A stretch of 24,721 nt of DNA from a virus (lineage: Duplodnaviria > Caudoviricetes): the IMG/VR virus record IMGVR_UViG_3300010157_000238, positions 1-24,721 of that record. One strand, 5' to 3'. Position numbers and translations under genes: made by a program. The notes under the pieces were generated by a model. The model was not told the DNA's origin. It worked only from the letters and a program-made list of their open reading frames with translations, and did not search any database. Every line of letters starts with the position of its first letter. Within the stretch, counting starts at the first letter, position 1. Shown piece after piece: positions 16,401 to 24,721 of this stretch.

Positions 16401-19400
16401 TATCGTGCTCTGCTGGAGTTGAAGGGGTTTTCGGCGAAGGCAGCGTAGACAATTGTATTGCCAGAACCGTTTGTGGTTAAGTTTGTCGTTTTTATCTTAA
16501 AGCCGTTAGATAAAAAGTCCAAGTTGTCACCAACACCAGACGCTTCAGCTGAAGAAGTATCGGGTTGTAAATAATATATTGCAGCATTGTAGGGATTTCT
16601 TGATGTATCTACTATAAACCAATCCGCAGATTGCGAAGTGTTCTTTAGCAAGACAAACCGTGGCCTAAACCCACAATACACAAATGGACCATCTGTGCTT
16701 GCATTACCCGTGTATGACCCAAATGCACTGTATCCCGGTATTGCGGCAAAGCAGTAAGCGACATAGTTAGATGCACTAAATGCAGAGCCAATAGAAAACA
16801 CTGATGATGTTGGAGCCGTATTATTCCAAACAGTCGCATTCGCTGATGAAGCTGCGCTACTTTCAAGTGTTATGACATTGGTTGCGCCTAAACTTATATG
16901 GTAAATGGGCCAACCACCCGTCCCATTGCGAACTTTTGCAATAATCATAGACGGCGCAACGCCTAACCCATGCCCTACGGTCGCATTTGCCGCCGTACCC
17001 GTATAAGTCACCACAGAAAACCCTGCGGTCGTATTAGCAGACACGGTGGACGTGATGCTGCCATTGGTATTGGAAACGCCACCAGCGCCGCCAGCTTTCC
17101 ACTGCCAACCAACATAAGTGGTTCCATTTGAACTGTAATACGCAGGTGCAGAACCGCCAAAGTAACTAAACCCACTTGCATCAAACGAAGACAAATAACC
17201 GTTTGTTGTGTCAAAATTTGTTGATGCTTCAGAATTAGTAGCGTTTGAAATAAGGCCTTTTTGCGCCCCTCCACCTACCACTGAATTAAATAAAGCATTG
17301 GAAAGCGCTTGGCTTCTAGCTTTTGCCCAAACAAAATCAGGTTGAAAGGTGGCCCCAATCGTATTGTTTCCACCATTAGTAATTGAACCAGTGCCTGTCG
17401 TTCCTGCGCCAGTCCACGTTGAGACCGCCATATACAGCGCACCATTGGGGATGGTCACTGTTGGCAGGTTGTAGGTGTTCAGTGCATTGAAGCCCGTTGG
17501 CGGGGTGTAGGTGAAAGGCTGTTGGCCGAAGTTCCAATAACCTCCTGATGAATATGCTGCTTCACGTATGTTTCTGGCATATGGATAGAATGTACCGGAC
17601 AGCCCCGTATAAGCCGTTCCCTGCGAAGTATTATTTTTATAAAATGTAAGTGTTCCCGCGCTAAGATCAAGCGCGACACCTATTACATCTCCGTTCGTGT
17701 AACTAGAGCCATATGCTACCGCACTACCACCGCCTGATTGTTTTGTGCCTTGAATTATATAAGAATAAGAACCAAGCAGTCCGCCCGCTCCAGTACTATC
17801 ATAGTTATTTGTAACGCCGATTGATGGCCCATTTGAAGTTGACCCGGATGAATAAAACGTTACTTCAAAATACCATCTACCAGAGGAGGCACCCATAGTT
17901 CCGATAGCATTTGTCCCTGACGTACTTCCGGTTGGAACGTAAACGTAAAGATTGCCGTTTGCATATGTGTTTAATGTTCCCGGCAATAAAGGGTTCATCA
18001 CAGCATAATTCGCCACCGACGCAGACGTAACCGTAGGGCTATCCGTCATGCTGTCGTAGGTATAGTCCTGAACCGTGCTGATATTGTTGGCAGTCCAATT
18101 GTTGCCATTGCTCGACGTGTCATTGGCAATGCCAGTACCAAGAAGATTAAACGGATATGCGCCATAAATCGGCATTGTACCCGTTGTGGTCAACGTAAAG
18201 GCGTTGGATGAATTGTCAATTGCTGTGGCATTTTGGAAAGTCAGCAAAGATGTATTGGTGACATTGGTCAAGGGTGCCGTTGGAACCGTAATAGTTGCTG
18301 ATGCTGGGCTATAAATTGCAGTGCCATTTACAAGACGGACATTGCTCATATACCCATTGATGCTCTGGCCTGATATGCAGGTATTTTGTGCAAACGTCGT
18401 AGCAACAGTCCCCTGAGCCACGCGAACTCCATTTAAAAAAATGGCCGTTTGATTAACGCTTACGCCAGACCGGACAATGGCCAAATGGTTCCACTGGCCT
18501 ACCGTTGGTAAGGTCGTTGTCGTTAATAACCAAGCAACATTGGCTTGTGCTAACCCCCAAGTAGTTGAATTTTGAAAACCAAATTGAATGCCGTTCGATG
18601 CGACAAACAAAAACTGCCCAGCAAACGACGAGCTTGTTGGATAAAACCACGTCTCCATCGTGAAAGCGTTTGTTCCGACAGCAAAAGCAGTGCTTGTTGG
18701 TGCAGTTACATATCCGTTGTTGACGTTTGCTGCATAGGTAAACGAGCTGGATTGCGTAAACGGCAAATGGAAACCATTCGTGCCATACGTACCGGAATAG
18801 TTGATAGGTTGCCATACGCCGTTGGTGTCGTATGTGCCGAAGCTGGATGGCGTCAGGGCTTGGCCGTCAACCCAATATACTTCGGCCATATAGCCGTCCC
18901 AATACAGGCTTTGGGCGCTACCTGCCCCTTTACTAAACCCAAAAGTATTTGGGTTGCCGGAAGCACCAACATTGATGTTTTGAGGAATAGTTGTCTGTGT
19001 TCCCCAAGCCGTAATTTGAACACCATTGATGTAAGCCGCAACGCGATTTGTGGCTGTAGCTTGTGTAGTGTCTATATTGATGACGACATGATACCAAGCA
19101 GATGGATCACGGTAAACTGGGGTAGATTGCCACAAAAAAGAACCTTGCGCAGTTCCGGGGCTACCGACATAAATATTTAATAGGTTGTTGGAATCAAACC
19201 AAAAAGCGGTCGCATACGAGCGATTGGTATCAAAAATACCTTGTCCAGTATTAACATTTTTCTTTGCCCAAAAACTTAAAGTTAATTTCTGGTCGTTAGT
19301 ACTAGTTCCAAACGTCCTATTCAAATACGCACTTGCAGACGAACGAAAGCGCAATGAGTTCGCCACCTTGAACCCACTGCCGCCCAATCCTGCTAAGATG

Positions 19401-19414
19401 GAAGTCGTCGTCAT
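16400..19414 (-). CDS. Tail receptor-binding protein with two ConA-like/LamG domains, a SPRY domain and C-terminal beta repeats (1004 aa)
   Basis: Start moved to 19414 (TAATG; MTTTSIL). LamG1: TLSFWAK...RDPSAWYHVV...YINGV...DGYMAEV. LamG2: FTMETWFYP...WNHLAIVR...FLNG...GYMSNVRL. SPRY: GRWYFEV...GDVIGVALDL..GTLTFYKN. Confidence 0.8.
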   Translation of the reverse strand: MTTTSILAGLGGSGFKVANSLRFRSSASAYLNRTFGTSTNDQKLTLSFWAKKNVNTGQGIFDTNRSYATAFWFDSNNLLNIYVGSPGTAQGSFLWQSTPVYRDPSAWYHVVINIDTTQATATNRVAAYINGVQITAWGTQTTIPQNINVGASGNPNTFGFSKGAGSAQSLYWDGYMAEVYWVDGQALTPSSFGTYDTNGVWQPINYSGTYGTNGFHLPFTQSSSFTYAANVNNGYVTAPTSTAFAVGTNAFTMETWFYPTSSSFAGQFLFVASNGIQFGFQNSTTWGLAQANVAWLLTTTTLPTVGQWNHLAIVRSGVSVNQTAIFLNGVRVAQGTVATTFAQNTCISGQSINGYMSNVRLVNGTAIYSPASATITVPTAPLTNVTNTSLLTFQNATAIDNSSNAFTLTTTGTMPIYGAYPFNLLGTGIANDTSSNGNNWTANNISTVQDYTYDSMTDSPTVTSASVANYAVMNPLLPGTLNTYANGNLYVYVPTGSTSGTNAIGTMGASSGRWYFEVTFYSSGSTSNGPSIGVTNNYDSTGAGGLLGSYSYIIQGTKQSGGGSAVAYGSSYTNGDVIGVALDLSAGTLTFYKNNTSQGTAYTGLSGTFYPYARNIREAAYSSGGYWNFGQQPFTYTPPTGFNALNTYNLPTVTIPNGALYMAVSTWTGAGTTGTGSITNGGNNTIGATFQPDFVWAKARSQALSNALFNSVVGGGAQKGLISNATNSEASTNFDTTNGYLSSFDASGFSYFGGSAPAYYSSNGTTYVGWQWKAGGAGGVSNTNGSITSTVSANTTAGFSVVTYTGTAANATVGHGLGVAPSMIIAKVRNGTGGWPIYHISLGATNVITLESSAASSANATVWNNTAPTSSVFSIGSAFSASNYVAYCFAAIPGYSAFGSYTGNASTDGPFVYCGFRPRFVLLKNTSQSADWFIVDTSRNPYNAAIYYLQPDTSSAEASGVGDNLDFLSNGFKIKTTNLTTNGSGNTIVYAAFAENPFNSSRAR

Positions 19415-22400
19415 TACGTCAGACCCTGCCCAGTGATAACGAACGTATTTGAACCAGTGCATAGTACCGTAGCAACGCCGTTGGCCGCAAGCGATCTGTT
19501 GCCGGTCGTTGTGGAGCCAGCCAAGGTCATGGTGACTGACGCGCCCTGCGTGATGGTCTGCACCGATGAAGACTGGTTGTAGATCACGATGTTTTGGCCA
19601 GCCGTGAAGATTGAGGCAGGCACCGTGACGCCGCCCGTCGTGATGCTGATGTACTTGCCGTTATCGGTCGCCACAAGGACATAAGCTGATGTCTGGCTGT
19701 TCTGCACGATGGTGCGGACGTTGCCAATGGAATCGGAGATCGTGCTGGAGGCCGTGATCGTGCCAGCAGCGCCGACCGACGTTGTACCCACACCCAGAGC
19801 GCCAGCCATGTAGTTGTTGGCCGTGCCGCCCATATAAAGGTTCCAGCGGTTGGATGCCGCAGCCATATTGCCAAAAAACCCATAGGCGTTGGTAACAGAG
19901 GCCGCGCCTTGCGTAGCCACTGTTGTATCGGCCAAGAAGCCATATTGGTTTGTAATTGTTGAACCAGCGCCGCCAGAGCCGGGGTTTGCCCAAAAATGGG
20001 TAACAGTGTTGGTCGTAAAAGATGCTGCTGCAAGGCTGATATTGGAAACATACGCCGATGCCAACGAAGTCACGCCAGACTGGACGGAGCCATTGTTATA
20101 GTGAGCATATGCAGATGTTGCGCCTGTAATCTGGGCATTGGTAAGCAGATTGACGCCAGTTGACGTGCCAGATGAGCCAATGCTGACGTTGCCGCTGGTA
20201 TCAATACGCATACGCTCTACTTGGCTACCCGTCTTAAACAGGATCGCGTCAGACGTACCCGCGCCAGATGTGGATTCCAATGTCAACGTAGCAGAAACAG
20301 CCGTACCACCAATTAAGGCGGTTCCAGTAGACATGGTCAGCCCAAATGAATCAATTAATAGCCTAACTTTTGAAGCTGCCGAATCTGCGGATGTTTGACC
20401 CGTAAAGAATAAAAGCTGTGTTCCAGATGATTGCGTATAAAAACCAGATACACCAGTACTGTCTTGAAGGCCTACACCACCACCAAATGACCCGCCGCCT
20501 AATATAACAGGATAACTGGCAACGGTACTGGCAACGAAAGAGCCTGTAACTTGCAACCTTGAATTTGGCGAAGTCGTCCCAATACCTACGTTGCCGCCGT
20601 TAGCATTGATAGAAATATCAGTATTTGTACCAGTTGGCGTAGTTTGGCCTTGAATACCACCAATGGTTCCATTGTTTACAATAGCAATGCCAGACACAGC
20701 AGAGCTAATGCTGAAGAAAGCAGAAGTCCCGTTAGTTCCGTTATTGCCAAGAACATGCAATTTAGCGGTTGGCGAAGTTGTCCCAATACCTACGTTTCCT
20801 GACGTATTAATCGTCATTGCTGTGGATTGCGAACCCGTCTTGAAGATGATGCTGTCAGTCGTACCCGCACCAGACGTGGATTCTAATGTCAGTGTGGATG
20901 ATGCCGTCGTTCCGCCAATTATTAACGGGACCGTTTCAGATACGTTAGATGTTACTGCTCCGCCAAAATAAGACGCTCCAGCCGCTACATATAAGGCATA
21001 TGGGTTAGGTATGGTGACGTTTGTGCCAGCAGTGGGTGCGCCAGTAATGTAAAGCGTTGCGGCTGTCGTATATGTGACAGTGTTTCTTGCAGCAAGTGCC
21101 ATACCTTGGAACAATGATATGGGTGCTGTGCCAACAGTTCCAGAAGAAACAATGTCAGTATACGTCGTGCTTGTGCCGCTGCTTGAACGGAAAGATGCGG
21201 CTGATGTTGCTGAAAGGGCTACGCCGCCAGTATTATTTCCGTTTCCTACTGCCAAAGAACCTTGGAAAAGATTTGGCGCACTTCCAGCAGCATAGAAATT
21301 ATACCGTCCCGTATTAACGTATGTGCTGCCCGTGTCTGCCGTAGACGCAATCGTAACTGCAATGGTGTAAGTAAATGTCGTGGTAGAAGGCACAGACGTA
21401 ATGGTAAACGTGCCATTCAAAGATGTATTGGTTGTTGCCGCAACGATGACAGATTGGCCCGTGCCGTATCCATGCGCCGCAGATGTCGTGATAGTTGCAG
21501 TCGTGCCGTCAGCCGCTACGTTGCTGATTGTAGCGGTAGTTACGGATGGTATGTTACTATACATACCATAGTTATTGGTTGCGCCAATTAAAGTTGCTGT
21601 CGTTTGATATCCATATTGGGTTGTAATTTGTGAACCAATACCAACCGTTCCCTGAGTAGCACTATAATGAGATAGTACGGGCAATGTAAAAGATGCAGCT
21701 TGCGTATTAAATGATGAATAATACCCATAGGCCGTTGTTGTCACATCCGACAAAACAGAACCAAGATTGATAACGCTATAAGATGTAGTTGCGCCTGTTA
21801 AGTTTTTATTAACGCGAAGCGTTTGCCCAACAACTGCCGCACCTGTTCCAATGTTGATGTTCTGCGCCGTTCCAATCGTCATAGCCGTAACTTGGCTACC
21901 CGTCTTAAAGATAATGCTGTCAGACGTACCAGTGCCAGATGTTGATTCAAGCGTCAGGGTAGACGATGCGGTTGTGCCGCCGATAAGAAGCGGCGTTGTT
22001 AACGACGTCGTAAGCGTTGGTGACGAAGAATAAGACGGAGCAACACCTACACCGCCAGAGACGAGAATAGAACCTGTGGCGACATCGGATAGTTTGGATA
22101 ATGCAGTGGAGGACGATGCGTATAGCAAGTCACCGATTGTGTAGGATGACTGTCCCGTTCCGCCATTTTTTGCAGCAAGCGTTCCTGCAACCGTAATAAT
22201 ACCAGCTGTGTCTGTAGAGGGTGTTAGCCCTGTGGTGCCAAACGAAATAGAATCAACACCCGCTGTGACAGGGATCGTTGGCTGCCACGTTGGAGCAGAG
22301 CCAGCGGAGCCGATGAGGACATAGTTTGTACCCGCTGGGGGAGATACGACACCAACGGGATTGGTGCCATTGCCATACAATAAACCAAAAGATGTTAGCG

Positions 22401-22581
22401 TTGCGTCACCTGTGCCACCCGCAATAACAGGCAACGGCAAAATACCAGCGCCACCTCTTGATAAGCTAACGATTTGACCCGTAGTAATTTGAACAGATGT
22501 GCTGTTCTGAACGCCAAGAAGCGGCTCAGTACCATTGAGCCCAGTTACTGTAGGTAGATTGGTTAAGGTGATATTTGCCAT
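19414..22581 (-). CDS. Long modular tail fibre protein (1055 aa)
   Basis: Thr/Gly/Ser-rich. It begins ANITLTNLP and contains GGTG shaft motifs, GNVGIGTTSP repeats and ERMRIDTSGNV, all typical of phage fibres. Confidence 0.8.
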   Translation of the reverse strand: MANITLTNLPTVTGLNGTEPLLGVQNSTSVQITTGQIVSLSRGGAGILPLPVIAGGTGDATLTSFGLLYGNGTNPVGVVSPPAGTNYVLIGSAGSAPTWQPTIPVTAGVDSISFGTTGLTPSTDTAGIITVAGTLAAKNGGTGQSSYTIGDLLYASSSTALSKLSDVATGSILVSGGVGVAPSYSSSPTLTTSLTTPLLIGGTTASSTLTLESTSGTGTSDSIIFKTGSQVTAMTIGTAQNINIGTGAAVVGQTLRVNKNLTGATTSYSVINLGSVLSDVTTTAYGYYSSFNTQAASFTLPVLSHYSATQGTVGIGSQITTQYGYQTTATLIGATNNYGMYSNIPSVTTATISNVAADGTTATITTSAAHGYGTGQSVIVAATTNTSLNGTFTITSVPSTTTFTYTIAVTIASTADTGSTYVNTGRYNFYAAGSAPNLFQGSLAVGNGNNTGGVALSATSAASFRSSSGTSTTYTDIVSSGTVGTAPISLFQGMALAARNTVTYTTAATLYITGAPTAGTNVTIPNPYALYVAAGASYFGGAVTSNVSETVPLIIGGTTASSTLTLESTSGAGTTDSIIFKTGSQSTAMTINTSGNVGIGTTSPTAKLHVLGNNGTNGTSAFFSISSAVSGIAIVNNGTIGGIQGQTTPTGTNTDISINANGGNVGIGTTSPNSRLQVTGSFVASTVASYPVILGGGSFGGGVGLQDSTGVSGFYTQSSGTQLLFFTGQTSADSAASKVRLLIDSFGLTMSTGTALIGGTAVSATLTLESTSGAGTSDAILFKTGSQVERMRIDTSGNVSIGSSGTSTGVNLLTNAQITGATSAYAHYNNGSVQSGVTSLASAYVSNISLAAASFTTNTVTHFWANPGSGGAGSTITNQYGFLADTTVATQGAASVTNAYGFFGNMAAASNRWNLYMGGTANNYMAGALGVGTTSVGAAGTITASSTISDSIGNVRTIVQNSQTSAYVLVATDNGKYISITTGGVTVPASIFTAGQNIVIYNQSSSVQTITQGASVTMTLAGSTTTGNRSLAANGVATVLCTGSNTFVITGQGLT
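20221..21993 (-). repeat. Three diverged copies of a ~33-aa unit (L[IL]IGGTTASSTLTLESTSG.GT.D.I.FKTGSQ) within the tail fibre
   Basis: Copies lie at about 21891-21993, 20828-20928 and 20221-20317. Copies 1 and 3 share ttggctacccgtcttaaa at the DNA level. Confidence 0.85.
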
Positions 22582-22583
22582 TC

Positions 22584-23318
22584 TTAAACCCCAGTGAGCG
22601 GTATTTGAGCATAATTATTAGGTATACCAATCAAGGCGGTTACCATGAGAGTGCTACCCTGTAGCAATCCTCCCACTGGTATAGCACTGTTTACTTGATA
22701 GGTGAAGACTGTAGCAGTCGTAACAGTAACACTATAGAACCCATCTGCTAGTTTATTTGACAAACCTTCAACGGCAATTTGATCATTAGTACTTAAACCG
22801 TGAGAAGAAGAAAAAGTTACCGTTATGGTACTCGTTCCAGATTGGGATGTGACTGATAATGGGTTGAGTGTTACCCGATACGTTTTATTGTTAATCAACG
22901 GCATAACTGCACTCTGGTCCAACCCAATAGGGCGGCCAGCTGTTTGGGTCGTAACGCTGACACCGTCTTCCGTTATGATATCAATTGTTGATGGTATTGG
23001 AATGCCTGTCCAAAAATCTGTGACAGTTGGAGCGCTGATTGAAATATTGTTGGTATTGTACAGATCATACGAATCTGGACGTGCGTTCAACACAGGAATT
23101 GGATCTTGTGTAGTCAAGATTGGCTTCAGCTGAGCCTGTGGCTTGTCATAGCACTTATCGCAGACCAAAAACCTCAGGTTTTGCAACTGAGGACCACGAT
23201 AATCAAACTGAAACTTAAGCGTTTTGTGGTTATAAATGAAACCACAACGGTCGCACCGCCCCCATGCGGATGGTGCGCTTGGATTAGCAAAAGCGTGGCC
23301 GTGGGGGCGGTACGCCAT
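22584..23318 (-). CDS. Structural protein with an N-terminal CxxC...CxxC zinc-ribbon-like motif and a C-terminal small beta domain (244 aa)
   Basis: Start moved to 23318 (MAYRPHG), which overlaps the endonuclease stop as TAATG. Contains CDRCG...VCDKCYD.PQ and a C-terminal TITVT....HGL...D.I.V.G.....G.Y.V.V.....FTY. Confidence 0.7.
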   Translation of the reverse strand: MAYRPHGHAFANPSAPSAWGRCDRCGFIYNHKTLKFQFDYRGPQLQNLRFLVCDKCYDKPQAQLKPILTTQDPIPVLNARPDSYDLYNTNNISISAPTVTDFWTGIPIPSTIDIITEDGVSVTTQTAGRPIGLDQSAVMPLINNKTYRVTLNPLSVTSQSGTSTITVTFSSSHGLSTNDQIAVEGLSNKLADGFYSVTVTTATVFTYQVNSAIPVGGLLQGSTLMVTALIGIPNNYAQIPLTGV

Positions 23319-23917
23319 TAGTGCAAAGCCCCCATTTGCCTTTGTGCATAAGTTTCGCGAAGGGCGGCTGTAATTTTTGCCTGATGTTCTGGCGTGCGGG
23401 GTTTCTTTTTGCCCTTGTGCGCAGCTGATATTTTTGCCCGCCATTCAGGAGATTTGCTTTGACCTTTTTTAACAAAAGACATCTTTGCGCGGTACTCTGG
23501 CGTTGTATTTACGCGTTGCGCCGTTTCTTTTATTTTTTTCCGCCTTTCATCCGAAAGAGGCTTTCCTTTCTTCTTCTCAGACAACAACCGTTTTGTTTCT
23601 TCTGTGTGCTTGGTACCCCTCGCCCCCTCGCCGCCAGAGGCCAGATTGTACTCTGGGTTTAATTCGGCAATCAGCCTAATTTCTGCTGCGATCATCTCAT
23701 CAACGCTTGCATGGGTTTCCAATATCTCCCAAGAAAAAGCGTCTTCACCATATTTGCGAATTGCTGCGTGAAACTTGGGGCAGCTTCCTCCATTTGAAAA
23801 TTTAGCCCGTGCCTTCGCATAATGATTGGATTTACGATATGACAAACCACGGGATGTAACGCCAATATAGCGGTTCCCATTTATAATGTTTGTCGCTACG
23901 TAAACTACGTAAGTCAT
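23318..23917 (-). CDS. Free-standing GIY-YIG homing endonuclease with NUMOD3 DNA-binding repeats (199 aa)
   Basis: YVVYVATNIINGNRYIGVT, conserved R (YRKSNH), AIRKYG..F, E (AAEIRLI) and YN. NUMOD3-like segments KHTEETKRLLSEKKKGK and KSPEWRAKISAAHKGK. Confidence 0.9.
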   Translation of the reverse strand: MTYVVYVATNIINGNRYIGVTSRGLSYRKSNHYAKARAKFSNGGSCPKFHAAIRKYGEDAFSWEILETHASVDEMIAAEIRLIAELNPEYNLASGGEGARGTKHTEETKRLLSEKKKGKPLSDERRKKIKETAQRVNTTPEYRAKMSFVKKGQSKSPEWRAKISAAHKGKKKPRTPEHQAKITAALRETYAQRQMGALH

Positions 23918-23919
23918 TG

Positions 23920-24618
23920 TTAAGACACCCTAAAATATCCCGAAAGTCCAGGCATAATATAAAGAGGCACGTTTTCCGTATCCTGCGTGGCGGCGATTGT
24001 GTAGGCCTGTTGAGCCTTTGCATCCAGCATTTGCATACGCTCTGGTGCATAGATAGCTGAAAGCCTTGCCGCCAAGCCAGAGGCCATTGCATCAAGCCAA
24101 CGATACGGGATGTCAACCGTTTGCGCATCAGTAAGATCCGAATCTTGGATCTGGGTAACGGCATAGTAGTTCAGCGTATACGTGCTGGTCTGGTCAGGGA
24201 CGGGCCAAAGTGTGATAGTAGGGTTGATCAATCGATCAAACCAGAACACTGTTGGGGGTGCTTGCTGCAACTTATTAGGGGTCTGGCTGTATTCCGTGCG
24301 TGAGATTGGCATGATGACGCGGTCAAACTGCGATGAAGTTCCAGTATTCTGCTGGATAACAGCATCAAGTATCATAACCACCTTTGAGGGAACGGTGTAA
24401 GTTGTCTGACCTTGTATCAACGGCACAGAAATAAGCACAACCTCCCAGAGATTAACGCCTTGGTTAGCCCAAGATGAAAGCATTAGATTGGTTTCAAACC
24501 GCGCATCCGTCATATGCTCTTGCATAAGAGCAGTTCTGCGGACACCACAACGTGCATACGCATTCAAGACAATTTCGCCAAGCGATGGATTGAACGTATA
24601 TGTGCCGCTGGTGGTCAT
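23920..24618 (-). CDS. Head-tail adaptor / connector-like virion protein (232 aa)
   Basis: GAGG RBS. Motifs MTTSGTYTFN, AYARCG, LML..WANQGVNLW, ISR.EY...PNK...P...W.DR, LWPVPD and DIPYRW.DA...GLA..L. Confidence 0.7.
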   Translation of the reverse strand: MTTSGTYTFNPSLGEIVLNAYARCGVRRTALMQEHMTDARFETNLMLSSWANQGVNLWEVVLISVPLIQGQTTYTVPSKVVMILDAVIQQNTGTSSQFDRVIMPISRTEYSQTPNKLQQAPPTVFWFDRLINPTITLWPVPDQTSTYTLNYYAVTQIQDSDLTDAQTVDIPYRWLDAMASGLAARLSAIYAPERMQMLDAKAQQAYTIAATQDTENVPLYIMPGLSGYFRVS

Positions 24619-24635
24619 TTTTGCCTCAATTTAAA

Positions 24636-24721
24636 TTAGAAAGCGACCATGCCAGCCTGATTGAAGTTAACATGAACAGAAGCGGATGTATTTGATCCAG
24701 CATTGCTAATATAACAACGAA
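24636..24721 (-). CDS. C-terminal fragment of an upstream (probably structural) gene
   Basis: The open frame ...RCYISNAGSNTSASVHVNFNQAGMVAF* ends at the TAA at 24636, just upstream of the adaptor RBS. Confidence 0.5.
   Translation of the reverse strand, partial: RCYISNAGSNTSASVHVNFNQAGMVAF

Noticed and set aside
18572-19180. 202-aa plus-strand ORF and the many other short plus-strand or alternate-frame ORFs in the track
   Set aside because: They overlap long, motif-bearing minus-strand genes and show no recognisable motifs; they are best explained as shadow ORFs.
15270-22420. GGTG motifs in the fibres (AGGTG, NGGTG) as members of the ejection-protein GG signal
   Set aside because: The context differs (L.V..GGTG is a known fibre shaft repeat) and they lack the R/F-I/V continuation.
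14876-22581. Diversity-generating retroelement or invertible shufflon acting on the fibre genes
   Set aside because: No reverse transcriptase or invertase is in the window. I saw no near-identical ~100-bp repeat pair differing only at adenines and no inverted cassettes; the repeats seen are in-frame protein repeats.
23319-23444. N-terminal extension of the 286-aa ORF (and similar extensions at 19415-19462, 4238-4255, 14877-14885 and 16075-16086)
   Set aside because: Each overlaps the upstream gene, and a downstream ATG sits at or right next to the upstream stop codon.
23318-23917. Group I intron hosting the GIY-YIG gene
   Set aside because: Both flanking genes appear intact and there is no non-coding space for intron core structure.
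1-24721. CRISPR array, tRNA, rRNA or intrinsic terminators
   Set aside because: The window is almost entirely coding, with no regularly spaced repeats, cloverleaf signatures or GC hairpin plus U-tract that I could support.

Overview
The window is one continuous minus-strand late operon of a tailed dsDNA phage with a short-tailed (P22/T7-like podovirus-type) gene order. From right to left it holds: a partial structural gene, a head-tail adaptor-like gene, a free-standing GIY-YIG/NUMOD3 homing endonuclease, a CxxC-CxxC structural protein, a 1055-aa modular tail fibre, a 1004-aa LamG/SPRY receptor-binding protein, small chaperone-like and holin-like genes, a short fibre, a second adaptor, a P22 gp10-like nozzle and a needle-like gene. 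Next comes a DNA-ejection module (611-aa Pro-rich protein, GNAT, 1516-aa protein with a lytic transglycosylase domain, 808-aa protein, 520-aa protein with two ADP-ribosyltransferase-like domains), and finally a partial GTA-type holin. I found no RNA genes, CRISPR arrays or credible plus-strand genes. The most notable signal is a short xxGG(R/F/A/P)(I/V) peptide motif that recurs in all four large ejection-module proteins at domain boundaries. In one case two copies form an exact 24-nt DNA direct repeat bracketing an ART-like domain. Together with a duplicated G(E/S)YV domain reminiscent of the processed C-terminus of lambda gpH, this suggests a GG-delimited, cassette-swappable cargo loading or processing system for virion-delivered effectors. 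This is inference. All product calls come from reading motifs and gene order by eye; no database searches were run.
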